A stretch of DNA of 64,000 nucleotides from Candidatus Eiseniibacteriota bacterium (GTDB taxonomy: Bacteria > Eisenbacteria > RBG-16-71-46 > DASYSL01). Shown in pieces: positions 41,892 through 52,000 of the stretch (its first letter is position 1; each line of letters opens with the position of its first letter). The stretch lies in NCBI GenBank assembly GCA_031431875.1, contig JANPEF010000026.1:23270-87269 (forward strand), read 5' to 3'. The notes beneath the pieces are model-generated. The model was not told the origin of the DNA and did not search any database. It worked only from the letters and a program-made list of their open reading frames with translations. Both the position numbers and the translations under genes were made by a program.

Positions 41892-42881
41892 CTAGAAGTA
41901 GTAGCGCATCGTGAACATGGCGCCGGTAGACGAGAGTTCCTGCTCGCGATTCGACTCGCGCGTGAATGCCTTGAGCACGTCGAGGCCCACGATGAAGTCG
42001 GGCTGTGCGTTGTAGGCTATGCGCAGGTTGACCGTCCGCCCTATCAAGCCGTCCGCGTCGCTCAACTCGGGCAACGACGTCTGGCGGAATGCGAGCGCCA
42101 ACCCGATCGGAACGTCCCATGCGGCGCCTGCGTCGAAATCGACCGCCGCGCCATACGTATACTCCCAACCCTCCGGTCGATCCCGGAACGGGGACTCGCC
42201 GTAGTCCCCCTCGAGGAGGGCGGTCACTCCGAAGGGCCGGCTGATCGCCCACGCGAAGTTCGCCGCGACCGTCGTCTGCACGACCGGGACGGTATCGATC
42301 AGCTTCGGTTCGGGCGCGTCGGCAATGACGTCGTCAACGAACCCCTTGAGGTCGACCCGGGTGAAGTTTTGGGTGGTCACGCCGATGGACCCGCTGAGCA
42401 TCGTCGACTGCGACTGGTGCAGTCGCACCATCCAGTTCATGCCGAAGTCGGTGCCCACCGTGACGCCGTCGAGCAGTAGGGAGGACACCTCCGTGCCGAG
42501 CCGGGTGCGGGCGTCGAATCCCACGCGCACGGCGATCCAGTCCCGGATCGCCTGCTGGTACTCGAAGCTCAGCATCGCATAGGACAGACTTCCTTCGAAG
42601 GTGGCGAGGGTGTCACCGTTGAACACGATGGGGGGATATTCAAGGTTCGTCGCAGACGCGTAGCCGAGCGTGTTCCGCACGTAAGTGCGCACGAACGGGT
42701 CGGGGATGATGTCGGTGGGCAGGAACACGTGACCGTCGAGGTTGGGCCGCCTGAGATCGGCAGACTCCTGCGACTGCACCGGGATGGCGACCGTCGCCAG
42801 CCAGGTGGCGACAGCGATTGCGACAGCTGCCCGGGACGCGACGACTCCGCTGCGCGCGTGTCGAGAGATGATGCGCATCAC
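41892..42881 (-). CDS. Putative outer-membrane beta-barrel protein
   Basis: Signal peptide, amphipathic strands, terminal FTMRYYF beta-signal; overlaps upstream stop. Confidence 0.65.
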   Translation of the reverse strand: MMRIISRHARSGVVASRAAVAIAVATWLATVAIPVQSQESADLRRPNLDGHVFLPTDIIPDPFVRTYVRNTLGYASATNLEYPPIVFNGDTLATFEGSLSYAMLSFEYQQAIRDWIAVRVGFDARTRLGTEVSSLLLDGVTVGTDFGMNWMVRLHQSQSTMLSGSIGVTTQNFTRVDLKGFVDDVIADAPEPKLIDTVPVVQTTVAANFAWAISRPFGVTALLEGDYGESPFRDRPEGWEYTYGAAVDFDAGAAWDVPIGLALAFRQTSLPELSDADGLIGRTVNLRIAYNAQPDFIVGLDVLKAFTRESNREQELSSTGAMFTMRYYF

Positions 42882-43540
42882 GGCCTCCCGAGCGGGAAAA
42901 GGATGCCCGCGGTGAACTGCAGCCCCGAGGAACGAAATCGATCCGGAAGGTTGGTGATCGGCCCGCCGGGGTCACCCGCCAGGTTGACCATCCCGTGCAC
43001 CCAGCGCGCCTCGACCGTCAGCTGCGGCCGACCGACCGGGAACACGACACCGAAGCCCAGCAGCGCCGAGATGTCGGTGCTCTCGAACGAGTCCTTCACG
43101 TCGACGTCCACTCCATCGCCCTCGATCGTCGCCGCGCTCAGGAACGCGACGTCGACGCCGCCGGTCACGTAGGTGCGTCCCTTGCCCGTCATGAACTTGA
43201 CCACGATCGGGATCGCGAAGTAATCGAGCGCGACGTCCAGCTCCACGCCGTCGTTTACCCCGTCGGTCGAGTCGGCATCGGCGATCTTGCTCCCGCGATG
43301 GACGACCATCGGCTGCAGGCTGAGCAGCACGTCCGAACCGATCTCGATCTCGCCCTGGGCGCCGAAGATCGGTCCGTTCAGCTTGCGATACTCCACATTG
43401 TTCGGCGCGTCGCCCTTGATGCTGCCGCGATTGAGTCCGGCGAAGGCCCCCACCGCCGCCGCATGCGCCGGGACACTGGCGACCGGGATCGTCGCGGCCA
43501 CGAGCAGGCTCGCGAGCAGAAGTGATCTCAACGATTGCAT
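42878..43540 (-). CDS. Porin-family outer-membrane beta-barrel (OMP_b-brl_2/PorT-like)
   Basis: Signal peptide; G.FAGLN, LDYFAIPIVVKF, VEARWVHG.VN, LQFTAGILF. Confidence 0.8.
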   Translation of the reverse strand: MQSLRSLLLASLLVAATIPVASVPAHAAAVGAFAGLNRGSIKGDAPNNVEYRKLNGPIFGAQGEIEIGSDVLLSLQPMVVHRGSKIADADSTDGVNDGVELDVALDYFAIPIVVKFMTGKGRTYVTGGVDVAFLSAATIEGDGVDVDVKDSFESTDISALLGFGVVFPVGRPQLTVEARWVHGMVNLAGDPGGPITNLPDRFRSSGLQFTAGILFPLGRP

Positions 43541-43581
43541 CGACACCTCGCAGGGTGGAGGTCGACCGACCGCGCCGATCG

Positions 43582-45084
43582 TCAGAACACCAGCCGCGAA
43601 CCGATCTGGATCTGGCTGGACGTGCCCTTCTCTCCGTTCTTGTTCTCGCGCTCGCCCCACAGGTACTCGGTGACCAGGTCGAGCCGCTTGATCGGTGAAT
43701 ACACCAGGTTGATGCTCGCGCGCCGCGTGAGGTCGTACGATTCCGGACCCTGGATCGGCAGGTTGTCGACATCGACGACGCCGTACGTCACCGTCGAGCG
43801 CAACATCTTCCCCCACCAGTGCTCGATCCCGAGGTAGCCCGAGAGCGCCGGCAGCGCATCGAGATCGTTCTCGACGGAGTCGTAGACGGCATCCTGCCCG
43901 CCCTCGGCGGAGAGGTCCGCGATGTAGCGGCCGATGCCGACACCGCCGTTGACCGCGAAGAGGACGCGGTCGGTCCCGCCCCACGGCGCCGAGATGCGCC
44001 CGGTCAGGTTGAGGCCGAAGCCGTAGGTCCCGAGCGTCTGGTTGGCGATGGCCTCGCCGCGGATTTCGCGCAGCAGGAGCGCTGATTGAAGGTGTCCGCC
44101 GCGGATGAAGGGCGGAGACTTGTCCGCGGCGGGCTTCCAGCGCAGGCGGAAGACCAGATCCGGAGCCTGGCTGACGCCGACCGCGCCAGTGAGGGAAGGC
44201 GCGGGATCCTCGATCGCCACCGCGAAGAAGATGTCGGTCTTGATCTCGGTGCTGTAACGAACCTGTCCCTGGCGGAACAGCGAGATCGCGTTCAGACCCT
44301 CGAGGTCGATTCCATCCGGCTCGGCCTCGGGATCGGAGAAGGTCGACCACGTCTGCCCGGCGAGGACGCCCCGCCACTGCCCGTAGGCGTGGCGCATGCG
44401 CAGCGTGTTGCCTTCGCCGCGAAAGTCCCCCTCGATGTACGTGCGGATGTAGCCGACGCCGGTCGGCGAGCGGATATCGAAACTGATGCGGCTCGGACTC
44501 GCGGTGACCGCCGTCCGCGGACCCTTGCCCGCGGCCTCGGTTCCGGCGATGGGGATGGTGGCGGCAATGAAACGGCCCTCGCTGCCGAGCGCCGCGAAGT
44601 TGTACGCATAGATGAAGCGCGCCTGGCCGCCGATCTTGACCGCGGCGTCGGAGCCGGGAATGGGGATGGAGCCGGGGAACTCGGCGGAGGTGAGCTTGTC
44701 CGGCGCGACCTCGGGCGCCCGGTGCGTGGACTCCTCGAGTTCGGCGAGTCGCGCCGCCAGGGCCTGGCTCACCGAGTCGGCGGGCGAGCGGTTTTCGAGC
44801 ACCTGCAGCCGATTGTGGCCGGACAGCGCCAGGTCGTTGGTCTCCCCGAGCTGCTTCTTCACGCGCTCGAGTTCACGTTCGAGGTCGACGATGCGGTCCT
44901 GGTCCGACCTCGCGCTGTCGGCGGCGGCGCTCGCCTTCGCGATCGAGTCACGCACAGCCTGCGCGCTGTCGGCGCCCGCGCCCGAGGGCTTCGCGGCGCC
45001 GCCGGCCGAATTCGCACTCGCCGCGCCGAGCAGTAGCGCCAGCACGAGCGCGCACGACGCACGAACCGAGCTTCGTCGCATCAC
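43582..45084 (-). CDS. DcaP family trimeric outer-membrane transporter
   Basis: Signal peptide, coiled coil, FPGSIPIPGS..KIGG, YIEGDF, LRMRHAY, LAGQTWSTF.D, terminal F. Confidence 0.85.
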   Translation of the reverse strand: MMRRSSVRASCALVLALLLGAASANSAGGAAKPSGAGADSAQAVRDSIAKASAAADSARSDQDRIVDLERELERVKKQLGETNDLALSGHNRLQVLENRSPADSVSQALAARLAELEESTHRAPEVAPDKLTSAEFPGSIPIPGSDAAVKIGGQARFIYAYNFAALGSEGRFIAATIPIAGTEAAGKGPRTAVTASPSRISFDIRSPTGVGYIRTYIEGDFRGEGNTLRMRHAYGQWRGVLAGQTWSTFSDPEAEPDGIDLEGLNAISLFRQGQVRYSTEIKTDIFFAVAIEDPAPSLTGAVGVSQAPDLVFRLRWKPAADKSPPFIRGGHLQSALLLREIRGEAIANQTLGTYGFGLNLTGRISAPWGGTDRVLFAVNGGVGIGRYIADLSAEGGQDAVYDSVENDLDALPALSGYLGIEHWWGKMLRSTVTYGVVDVDNLPIQGPESYDLTRRASINLVYSPIKRLDLVTEYLWGERENKNGEKGTSSQIQIGSRLVF

Positions 45085-45146
45085 CCGGAGTCACCCTCCT
45101 TGCCTCGTTGCGCGCCGTCACGCACGATCCAGCGCATTCGGCGCAT

Positions 45147-45175
45147 ACGCTAGGTCGGGCACAACGACATGTCAA
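45147..45175 (-). promoter_or_regulatory. sigma70-type promoter of the dcaP operon
   Basis: TTGACA-N17-TAGCGT on minus strand, ~60 nt upstream of the start. Confidence 0.55.
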
Positions 45176-45299
45176 CCGCGACAGCGGGACTCCGCATGCC
45201 GGATTGGCGTCGACGTCGCGCCGCGCCGCGCCTTAAGATGCTGCGGTCACGTTCCCGCTCGATCCCGCGCGGGATCCTCGACCTCCCCAGGAGTGGTTG

Positions 45300-46646
45300 A
45301 TGCGCCGATTGCCGTGGCTCTGGTTCCTGCTTCTCCTGCTTCCGGCCTCGGCCGCGGCCGTCGACATCACGCCGATCCCGATCACCGCCCCCGGCCGGCT
45401 CGACTCGCTCCGGGTGCACGCGGGCCGCATCGTGCGCGCCATCGACCTGCCCGCCGGCCTCGTCACCAGGGACTACGTCATCCGACGCGAGATCCGCTCG
45501 CGGGTCGGGGAACCGTTCGACCCCGACCTGCTGCGCGACGACGTGCAGCGCCTCGAAAACCTGGCGATCTTTGCCGAGATCGCCGTCGACGTCGTGCCCG
45601 ACAGCGCCGGCGGTGTCGCCATCCACTTCGGGTTCCGCGAGATGCCCGTGCTGGTGCCGATGATCGGCTTCCGCTACACCGAGGAGGACGGCTTCTCGGT
45701 CGGGCCGGGCATCTCGTCCCTCAATCTCGGCGGGCGCGCCGTCTCGGTGTCGGGCCGTGCCTACTTCGGCGCCGCCGATCAGTACTGGGGGCGGGCGACC
45801 TGGCCCTGGATCTCCGGGAATCATCTCTCGTTCGAGGCCTACGCCGCGCGGCTCAGTCGCTTCGACGTGCGCAATGCGTTCCACGAGAAGAGCGACGAGA
45901 TCTACGCCAGGGTCGGCACCTATACCGGCGATCACGGGCGTCTGTCCGCCCGGGCATCGTACCTGCGGACGCAGAGCGAGGAATCGGGGATCACGCTGTC
46001 GCCCGACAACGATGATCGGCTCTTCGGCCTGTACGCAACGGCGGGCTGGGACACGCGCGACTCCCACCGCGTGCCCCGCACCGGCTGGCAGAACGAGATC
46101 GAAGTGGGCAAGGTCGGCGGGTTTCTTCCGGGCGACGGCGACTTCGAGTCACTGGTGCTCGACGTGCGCCGCTGGCTCCCCACCGGGAAGCGGACGAAAC
46201 TCCTGTTGAGCGGGCTCTTGTCGATCCAGAGCGGAACCGTGGGCGTCGACGTCCCGCTGTACTACCGCTATCAGATCGGCGGCGCCAACTCGGTGCGCGG
46301 CTGGCCCGTCCAGGGCCCCAGCGAAGCGCTGGCGGGGACGAGCCAGCTCATCGGCACGGCGGAATACTCCCGCACGATTCTACCCATCGAGCGCTACGAC
46401 GTGTTCGGCTGGTCGTTCGCGGTCGGACTCGACGCGGTGGCCTTCGGGGATGCGGGTGTCGCCTGGAACGAGGCCGAGGGGTTCGCGCTCGATCGCACCC
46501 GCCATGGCATCGGCGGCGGCCTGCGCCTGCTCGTGCCCGGCTCGGAGATGCTGCGGGTCGAGCTGGGATGGAACGGCGCTGACACGATCATGTTCCACTT
46601 CGCCTCGGGCTCGAAGCCGGCGGCGCAGCGCTCGCGCAATCGCTGA
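45300..46646 (+). CDS. Omp85 (BamA/TamA-like) protein with a single POTRA domain
   Basis: Signal peptide; TRDYVIRREI...GEPFD..D.QRLENL.IF POTRA; NLGGR; DTRDS..PRTG; IGGANSVRGW L6 motif; G.GGGLR. Confidence 0.82.
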   Translation: MRRLPWLWFLLLLLPASAAAVDITPIPITAPGRLDSLRVHAGRIVRAIDLPAGLVTRDYVIRREIRSRVGEPFDPDLLRDDVQRLENLAIFAEIAVDVVPDSAGGVAIHFGFREMPVLVPMIGFRYTEEDGFSVGPGISSLNLGGRAVSVSGRAYFGAADQYWGRATWPWISGNHLSFEAYAARLSRFDVRNAFHEKSDEIYARVGTYTGDHGRLSARASYLRTQSEESGITLSPDNDDRLFGLYATAGWDTRDSHRVPRTGWQNEIEVGKVGGFLPGDGDFESLVLDVRRWLPTGKRTKLLLSGLLSIQSGTVGVDVPLYYRYQIGGANSVRGWPVQGPSEALAGTSQLIGTAEYSRTILPIERYDVFGWSFAVGLDAVAFGDAGVAWNEAEGFALDRTRHGIGGGLRLLVPGSEMLRVELGWNGADTIMFHFASGSKPAAQRSRNR

Positions 46647-46672
46647 GCCGGACGCGCGCGCGGTGCATCGGA

Positions 46673-47449
46673 TCAGAAGTGGAAGCGGCCGCCGACCTGG
46701 CCTCCATAGGTGGTCATGTCATAGGTGAACTTTTCGCTCCCGGATCCATCCTCGTAATCCATGTCCAGCGCACGGAATCCGCCGGTGACCTCGAACAGGT
46801 CACTGACGCGGTAGCCCGCCTGCGGATACACCTGCCACGCGAACTGCGAGCCCACGCCGAAACCGCCGACTGCGCCGAGAAACCCGAAGCGCCACTTGCC
46901 CGCCCCCGGCGTCATCAGCCGGACGCCTACGTAGGGATCGATCCACGACTTGTCCGCGTCCTGATCAATGGCCAGGGGGCCTGACCCGGTGACGCCCATC
47001 TCGAGTCCGTTGTAGGTCAGGCCGACCATTGCCTCGGCCCACGGCGCGATGCGACGGTAGCCCGCGCCCATGACGCCGATCTGTCGCAGATCGAAGTCGA
47101 CCGTGCCCACGGGCGTCGTCGTTTCGGCACCCAGGTTCATGTACATGGTGTCGAGCGAATAGGACCACCGGGGGCTGTGCCGCTCGAGGTAGAGCATCGC
47201 GCCGAAGTCGAGCGCGCCGAAGATGTCGCCCGTGTTCACGTCGACCTCCCCGGTCAGGTTGCCCACCCCGGTGGTACCCGACATGTTGGGGAACAGCATG
47301 TAGGGCTCGACGAACGTCTCCCATCCACCCGTGGATGCGGGGGTCGCGGCGGCAGCCGTGTCCTGCGCAAGAGCGTCCGGAGCAAGCGCGTGGCCGGCCA
47401 TCAGGATCGAAGTACAGCACAACAGGATCGCTCGGATCGTCCGCTTCAT
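46673..47449 (-). CDS. Putative outer-membrane beta-barrel protein
   Basis: GGGAGG RBS, signal peptide; W...VEPY...P..SG, WIDPYVG.R, GGFGVGS..WQ, terminal GRFHF. Confidence 0.75.
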   Translation of the reverse strand: MKRTIRAILLCCTSILMAGHALAPDALAQDTAAAATPASTGGWETFVEPYMLFPNMSGTTGVGNLTGEVDVNTGDIFGALDFGAMLYLERHSPRWSYSLDTMYMNLGAETTTPVGTVDFDLRQIGVMGAGYRRIAPWAEAMVGLTYNGLEMGVTGSGPLAIDQDADKSWIDPYVGVRLMTPGAGKWRFGFLGAVGGFGVGSQFAWQVYPQAGYRVSDLFEVTGGFRALDMDYEDGSGSEKFTYDMTTYGGQVGGRFHF

Positions 47450-47520
47450 CGAATCCTCCCACGGGTCGAGTTGAAATGCCGCCGGACAATAGTCCCCCCG
47501 CCCGACCCGGCGCAAGTTGG

Positions 47521-47548
47521 TTGTGCCCGCCCGATCCATGCCTATAAT
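47521..47548 (+). promoter_or_regulatory. sigma70-type promoter
   Basis: TTGTGC-N16-TATAAT (perfect -10). Confidence 0.5.
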
Positions 47549-47630
47549 GCGGGGTCGAACGCGGTCCCGCCTGCATTCGGGCGTCGACGTCATGGTCGCA
47601 GGGAAGGAACCCAGTCTGAGGAGGTTGGTC

Positions 47631-48089
47631 GTGAAGAGAATCCTGCTGGTGCTGTGTCTTGCGCTCGCGCCCGCGGTGGCGATGGCGGATGACATGGACA
47701 AGTACGTCGAGTTGCTGCGCTCGGACCTGCGCACGGGCAAGGTCGAGTTGCTGACCGAAGAACTGCAGATGACCGATGCCCAGGCCGCGAAGTTCTGGCC
47801 GATCCAGCGCGCGTACGAGACGGAACTGGCGACGATCCAGGATGCGCGCCTGACGATGATCAAGGACTACGCCAAGAACTACACGATGATGAACGACGCC
47901 GTGGCGAAGGACCTCACGGACCGCGCGTTCAAGCTGCAGGAGCAGCGCACGTCGCTGCTCAAGAAGACCACGGGCAAGGTGTCGAAGGAAGTTTCGCCGA
48001 TGACCGCGGCGCGCTTCGCCCAGGTCGAGTCGTACGTGCAGTCGCTGATCGACGTCCAGATTCGCGGCAACGTGCCGGTCGCCCCCTGA
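47631..48089 (+). CDS. Exported all-helical protein (Spy/CpxP-like)
   Basis: GAGGAGG RBS + GTG; signal peptide; LQMTDAQAAKFWPI...Y, ARFAQVE. Confidence 0.7.
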   Translation: MKRILLVLCLALAPAVAMADDMDKYVELLRSDLRTGKVELLTEELQMTDAQAAKFWPIQRAYETELATIQDARLTMIKDYAKNYTMMNDAVAKDLTDRAFKLQEQRTSLLKKTTGKVSKEVSPMTAARFAQVESYVQSLIDVQIRGNVPVAP

Positions 48090-48130
48090 TCGGTCCGCCG
48101 GAACGCGGCCGCGCGCCGGCCGGAAACGAC

Positions 48131-48166
48131 ACCGCCGTGGTTCTCGAGGTCGAGAGCCACGGCGGT
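48131..48166. terminator. Long hairpin between convergent genes
   Basis: ACCGCCGTGGTTCTCG-AGGT-CGAGAGCCACGGCGGT. Confidence 0.6.
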
Positions 48167-48186
48167 CCTGCGTTCGGGCCCGGTGA

Positions 48187-48837
48187 CTACTTGGACCTGG
48201 TGACGACCTTCGACTCGGCGAGACCGGCGACCAGCACCTGCACATAGGGCTGGATCTCGCTCGACTTGTCCGCCGCCTGCTCGAGCCAGCTCTCCGACAG
48301 CGCCGCCCACACCAGCTTCGAATCCGAAGCCCGGTACAGGTTCGTCTCCACGTGGATGACCTGGTTCTCGACCGTGTAGCCCGGCGAGGTCATCATCGAA
48401 TAGCTCGACGCGTAGTAGCCGTAGTAGCCGCCATAGTATCCACCGTAGTACGGCGTCCCCACGTACGTCGCCGTCGGCGGATAGTACGTGTCGACCGTCT
48501 TCTGGTCGATGATCCTCGACACGAACACGCCGTCGCACCCGCTCTTCATGACCGCGTCGCGCACGGCGACGCTGTCGGTGATCTCACCCGGCAGCACGAC
48601 GTAGCTCGACATCGCCTGCACGCCCTGCTTCTGCAGGGCCGCGGCAAACGTGTCCTCGAACATGCGGCGCCCGCTGGGGTTCTGCGAGACTCCGATGACC
48701 ATGAGCTTCTTGAGCGAGTTGGCCTGCAGCGTCGGGTCGGTCCACACGTTCGTGAGCTTGGTCGAGCTGCCGCAGCCGCTGAGGATCAGGATGCCGATCG
48801 TGGCAACCGAGGCGAGCAGCGAAGTCTTGTGATTCAT
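48187..48837 (-). CDS. Lipoprotein (DUF4136-like) with Tyr/Gly-rich insert
   Basis: Lipobox LSGC; W.DP, RR.FED, PYYGGYYGGYYGYY, VETNLY...KLVW...SE. Confidence 0.75.
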   Translation of the reverse strand: MNHKTSLLASVATIGILILSGCGSSTKLTNVWTDPTLQANSLKKLMVIGVSQNPSGRRMFEDTFAAALQKQGVQAMSSYVVLPGEITDSVAVRDAVMKSGCDGVFVSRIIDQKTVDTYYPPTATYVGTPYYGGYYGGYYGYYASSYSMMTSPGYTVENQVIHVETNLYRASDSKLVWAALSESWLEQAADKSSEIQPYVQVLVAGLAESKVVTRSK

Positions 48838-48947
48838 GAGGGTTCCTTTGGTTCGGTGGCGAGGAATGGTGCGACCAGGGTGAAATCCCGTCCGGCCCGT
48901 GGACCGCGATCGCGAGGGACGGTCGGGCAGGCCGGACCGCACCGGCG

Positions 48948-48977
48948 AACCTAGGCCCCAGCGCGAGCCGGTGTCAA
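48948..48977 (-). promoter_or_regulatory. possible sigma70-type promoter
   Basis: TTGACA-N18-TAGGTT on minus strand. Confidence 0.4.
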
Positions 48978-49028
48978 GCCGAAGCCTTGGCGCGACGGAA
49001 CCGGCCATCCGGAGAGTCGCCGGCCCGC

Positions 49029-52000
49029 TCAGCGGACGGCAGCGATTCTCCGCGTGAGAACGCGGCCCTCGGCCTCGAGCCGCAGGAGGTAGAGCCCGCT
49101 CGGGAGGTCGCGCCCCGCCCCATCGCGCAGCGCAAAGGTCTCGCTGTGCGCGCCGGTCGTCAGCTCCCCGTCGCGCAGAACCACCACACGGCGGCCTGCC
49201 GCGTCGTACACGGACAGCCGCACGTGCCCCGCGCGCGACAGCGTGTAGTGGAGCGTCGTACCGCTCCGCGCCGGATTCGGGCTCGGGGTGGCGAAGCTCA
49301 GGATCGACCCTGCCGTGGCGTCCACGCCCACGACCCCGCCCAGGACCAGCGTCGCGACGAGCGACTCGTTGCCGTGGGAGTCGATGGCGGTGAGCTTGTA
49401 GGCGTACGGTGCACCCGCGACATCGGCGTAGCCGGTGTCGGGCAGCGCCGCCACCAGGTTGCCGGGCCCGGGCACGAAAGCGGCGGAGGACCCGCGGTAG
49501 AGCCGGTAGCCCGCGAGGTCGGCCTCAAGATTGCGGTTCCAATGCAGGTGGGCTGTCCCCGCGACATACTGGCCGGTGAAAGGTGCGGGCATGGCCGGCG
49601 ACAGGTTGTCCACCGACGTACCGCTATCGGGCTCGCTCGCGAACCACACGCTTGGAACCGTCGTGTGCGCGGTGACGACGAACGCCGACCGGTTGCTGCC
49701 GCCGACGCCCGAGTCGGCGGCAGTCGGCGAGTTGTAGAGGTACTGCGCCTGTTGCTGCGAGAAGAAGCTGCCCACCAGCTCCCAGGTTCCTGGCGGGAAC
49801 GCCGAGGCGATCGCCAGAACCGCGCCGTCCGCGAAGCGCCGTCCGCCCCATTCGACCAGCGACAGGTCGAACCGGCCCGCCGATTCCACGGCGTCCGAAG
49901 CAATTTTCACCGGCGTGCCCTGTTGCGCGATCAGGCCGGCGAGCGAACCGGCCGCAACGCGCCGCCAGACGTTGTAGCCACTGATGGCGAACTGCGTGCG
50001 GGACGCGTGATCCAGCGGGGATCTTCCGATGGTCAGGCGAACCCGGCCGCCCTGGTCGCCCGGCACATCGGTGATCGAGAGGAGATCCGCCCCGAGGACG
50101 ACCGTCTGCTCGGCCGCGAAGGGTCCGCCGATGAAGCTGCCATCGATCGCCTGGAAGGCCCAGTGAATCGTGCCGTGGCCGAGTCCCGAGAACTTCACGA
50201 AGCGGCTTGCACCGGAAGAGTTGTTCCCGGTCTGCACGACGTGCCGATAGCCGGTTCCCACGTTCGCCATCGGACTGATGATGTCGACCCCGTTCGCGCT
50301 GCTGCCGATCCTGAGGTTCATGGTGGAAGACAGCGAGTGATCGTCGACCGGGGAGTACGACGCGAAGAGGACACCGGTCTCCTGGACGGAGGACCCGAAG
50401 GCGATCGGGGGCGAGGGCGCGGCGTTGGCGACCGGGGTCGTGTTCCGGTAGACATGCGAGATGAAGCCCGCGCCCGTGTCGCCCGACACCAGCACATCGA
50501 GATCGCGATCCCCGTCGTAGTCGGCCCACAGGACAACGCCATCCTGCACCCCGGGCAACGCCGCGGCGATGTTCACGAGGGCGGCCCCGCCGTCATTGCG
50601 GTAGACACTCGTGCTTCGCACCGCGCCCGTGGTGCCCGCGAGCGCGAGGTCGGGGTCGCCGTCGTTGTCGAAGTCGCCCCAACCGAGACTGGCTCCCCGC
50701 ACCGCCGTGAGGGCCACGAAGGCGGAGTAGGTGCCGAGGCCAGGGGCATACGTGTACACACGCGCGAGCGGGCCGCTGCCGGTTTCGCCCGCGATCGCCA
50801 CGTCGAGAAATCCGTCTCCATCGAAGTCGGCCCAGCGGGCCATCCCGTCATCGACGCCGGGGAGTCCGGAATCAACAAGGGTGAAATTTCCGGCACCGTC
50901 GCCGCGCGCCAGCTGGGTGGCGCGGGACGGCGAGAAGATGTCGGGATGGAGCCCACAGGTCAGCAGGTCGAGGTTGCCATCGGCGTCGAAGTCGCCCCAC
51001 TCGATCGACCCATTGCGGATCCCCGGCGTGGGGTTCGCGACGTACACGAACGACCCCTCGCCGTCGTTGCGATACAGGATGCAATAGCCCGTGAAGAAAC
51101 CGTCCCACCCGGTCGTGACCAGGTCGAGGTCACCGTCGTTGTCGTAGTCACCCCAGGCCATCGCCCCATCGGCCAGGTTCCACAGGCCGGCGCCGATCGG
51201 CGTGAACACGCCGGTGTCGTTGCGATAAATCTCGGTCTCGGGAAAGAGTCCGTACCCCATCATCGCGAGATCGACGTCGCCGTCGTTGTCGTAATCGCCC
51301 CAGGCGTAGGCATTCTTCTGCTGCAGCGGAAGCCCCAGCGGTGCAATGGACATGGTGCCGTCGCCATTGTGACGATAGACCACGTTCAGGTTGGCATCGT
51401 TGGTCGCGCCGCCGATCGCCAGGTCGAGGTCGTCGTCGTTATCGAAGTCGCCCCACGCGGCATCCCCGTGGTGCGCGCCCTCGAGGTTCGTGATCAGCGG
51501 CTCGAACGGCGACACCTCGAGGCTCACGTCATCGATGCCGACGTTCATGAACCGGTCGGTCACCACGACCGCGATGCGCAAGCGCACGGTGGAACCCGCG
51601 AAGGGGGTGAGGTCCCGGGTGATCGTCGTGGCCGTCCTGTGCAGGGGTGTCGAGCCGTTGGTCCGGAAATAGTTCGCGAGGATGCCCTCTTGATCGAGGA
51701 GCCCGGAGGAGGCGGGATCCTGCAGATCGATCCGGACCTTCTGGTTCGGCCCCCCGCCGGCGTAGAAATCCCCGGCATCCGAGTAATCGGCACCCGTGTT
51801 GTTGATCCAGTAGGTGAGCTTGAGCGTCGCTTTGAGCGTGGCCGGAATCGCGAAGTCGCGGTACAGGATCATCGTGCCGACCCCCTCCTCGTCGGCCACC
51901 GCCTGGAAGGCTCCGCCCGGGGCCGGATCGAGACCGTTTCCCGAGATCGGGGATTCGGGCTGATCGGTGACGAACCAGTCCGCGATCCCACCGAACGACT

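Noticed and set aside
48400..48452. GTAGTAGCC short tandem repeats
   Set aside because: Encode the YYGGYYGGYYGYY low-complexity insert of the lipoprotein; no sign of a phase-variable tract
50480..51460. Recurrent nucleotide repeats (GTCGTTGTCG.AGTCGCCCCA) as a CRISPR or DNA repeat array
   Set aside because: They are the codons of the WGDxDNDGD FG-GAP protein repeats; degenerate and in frame
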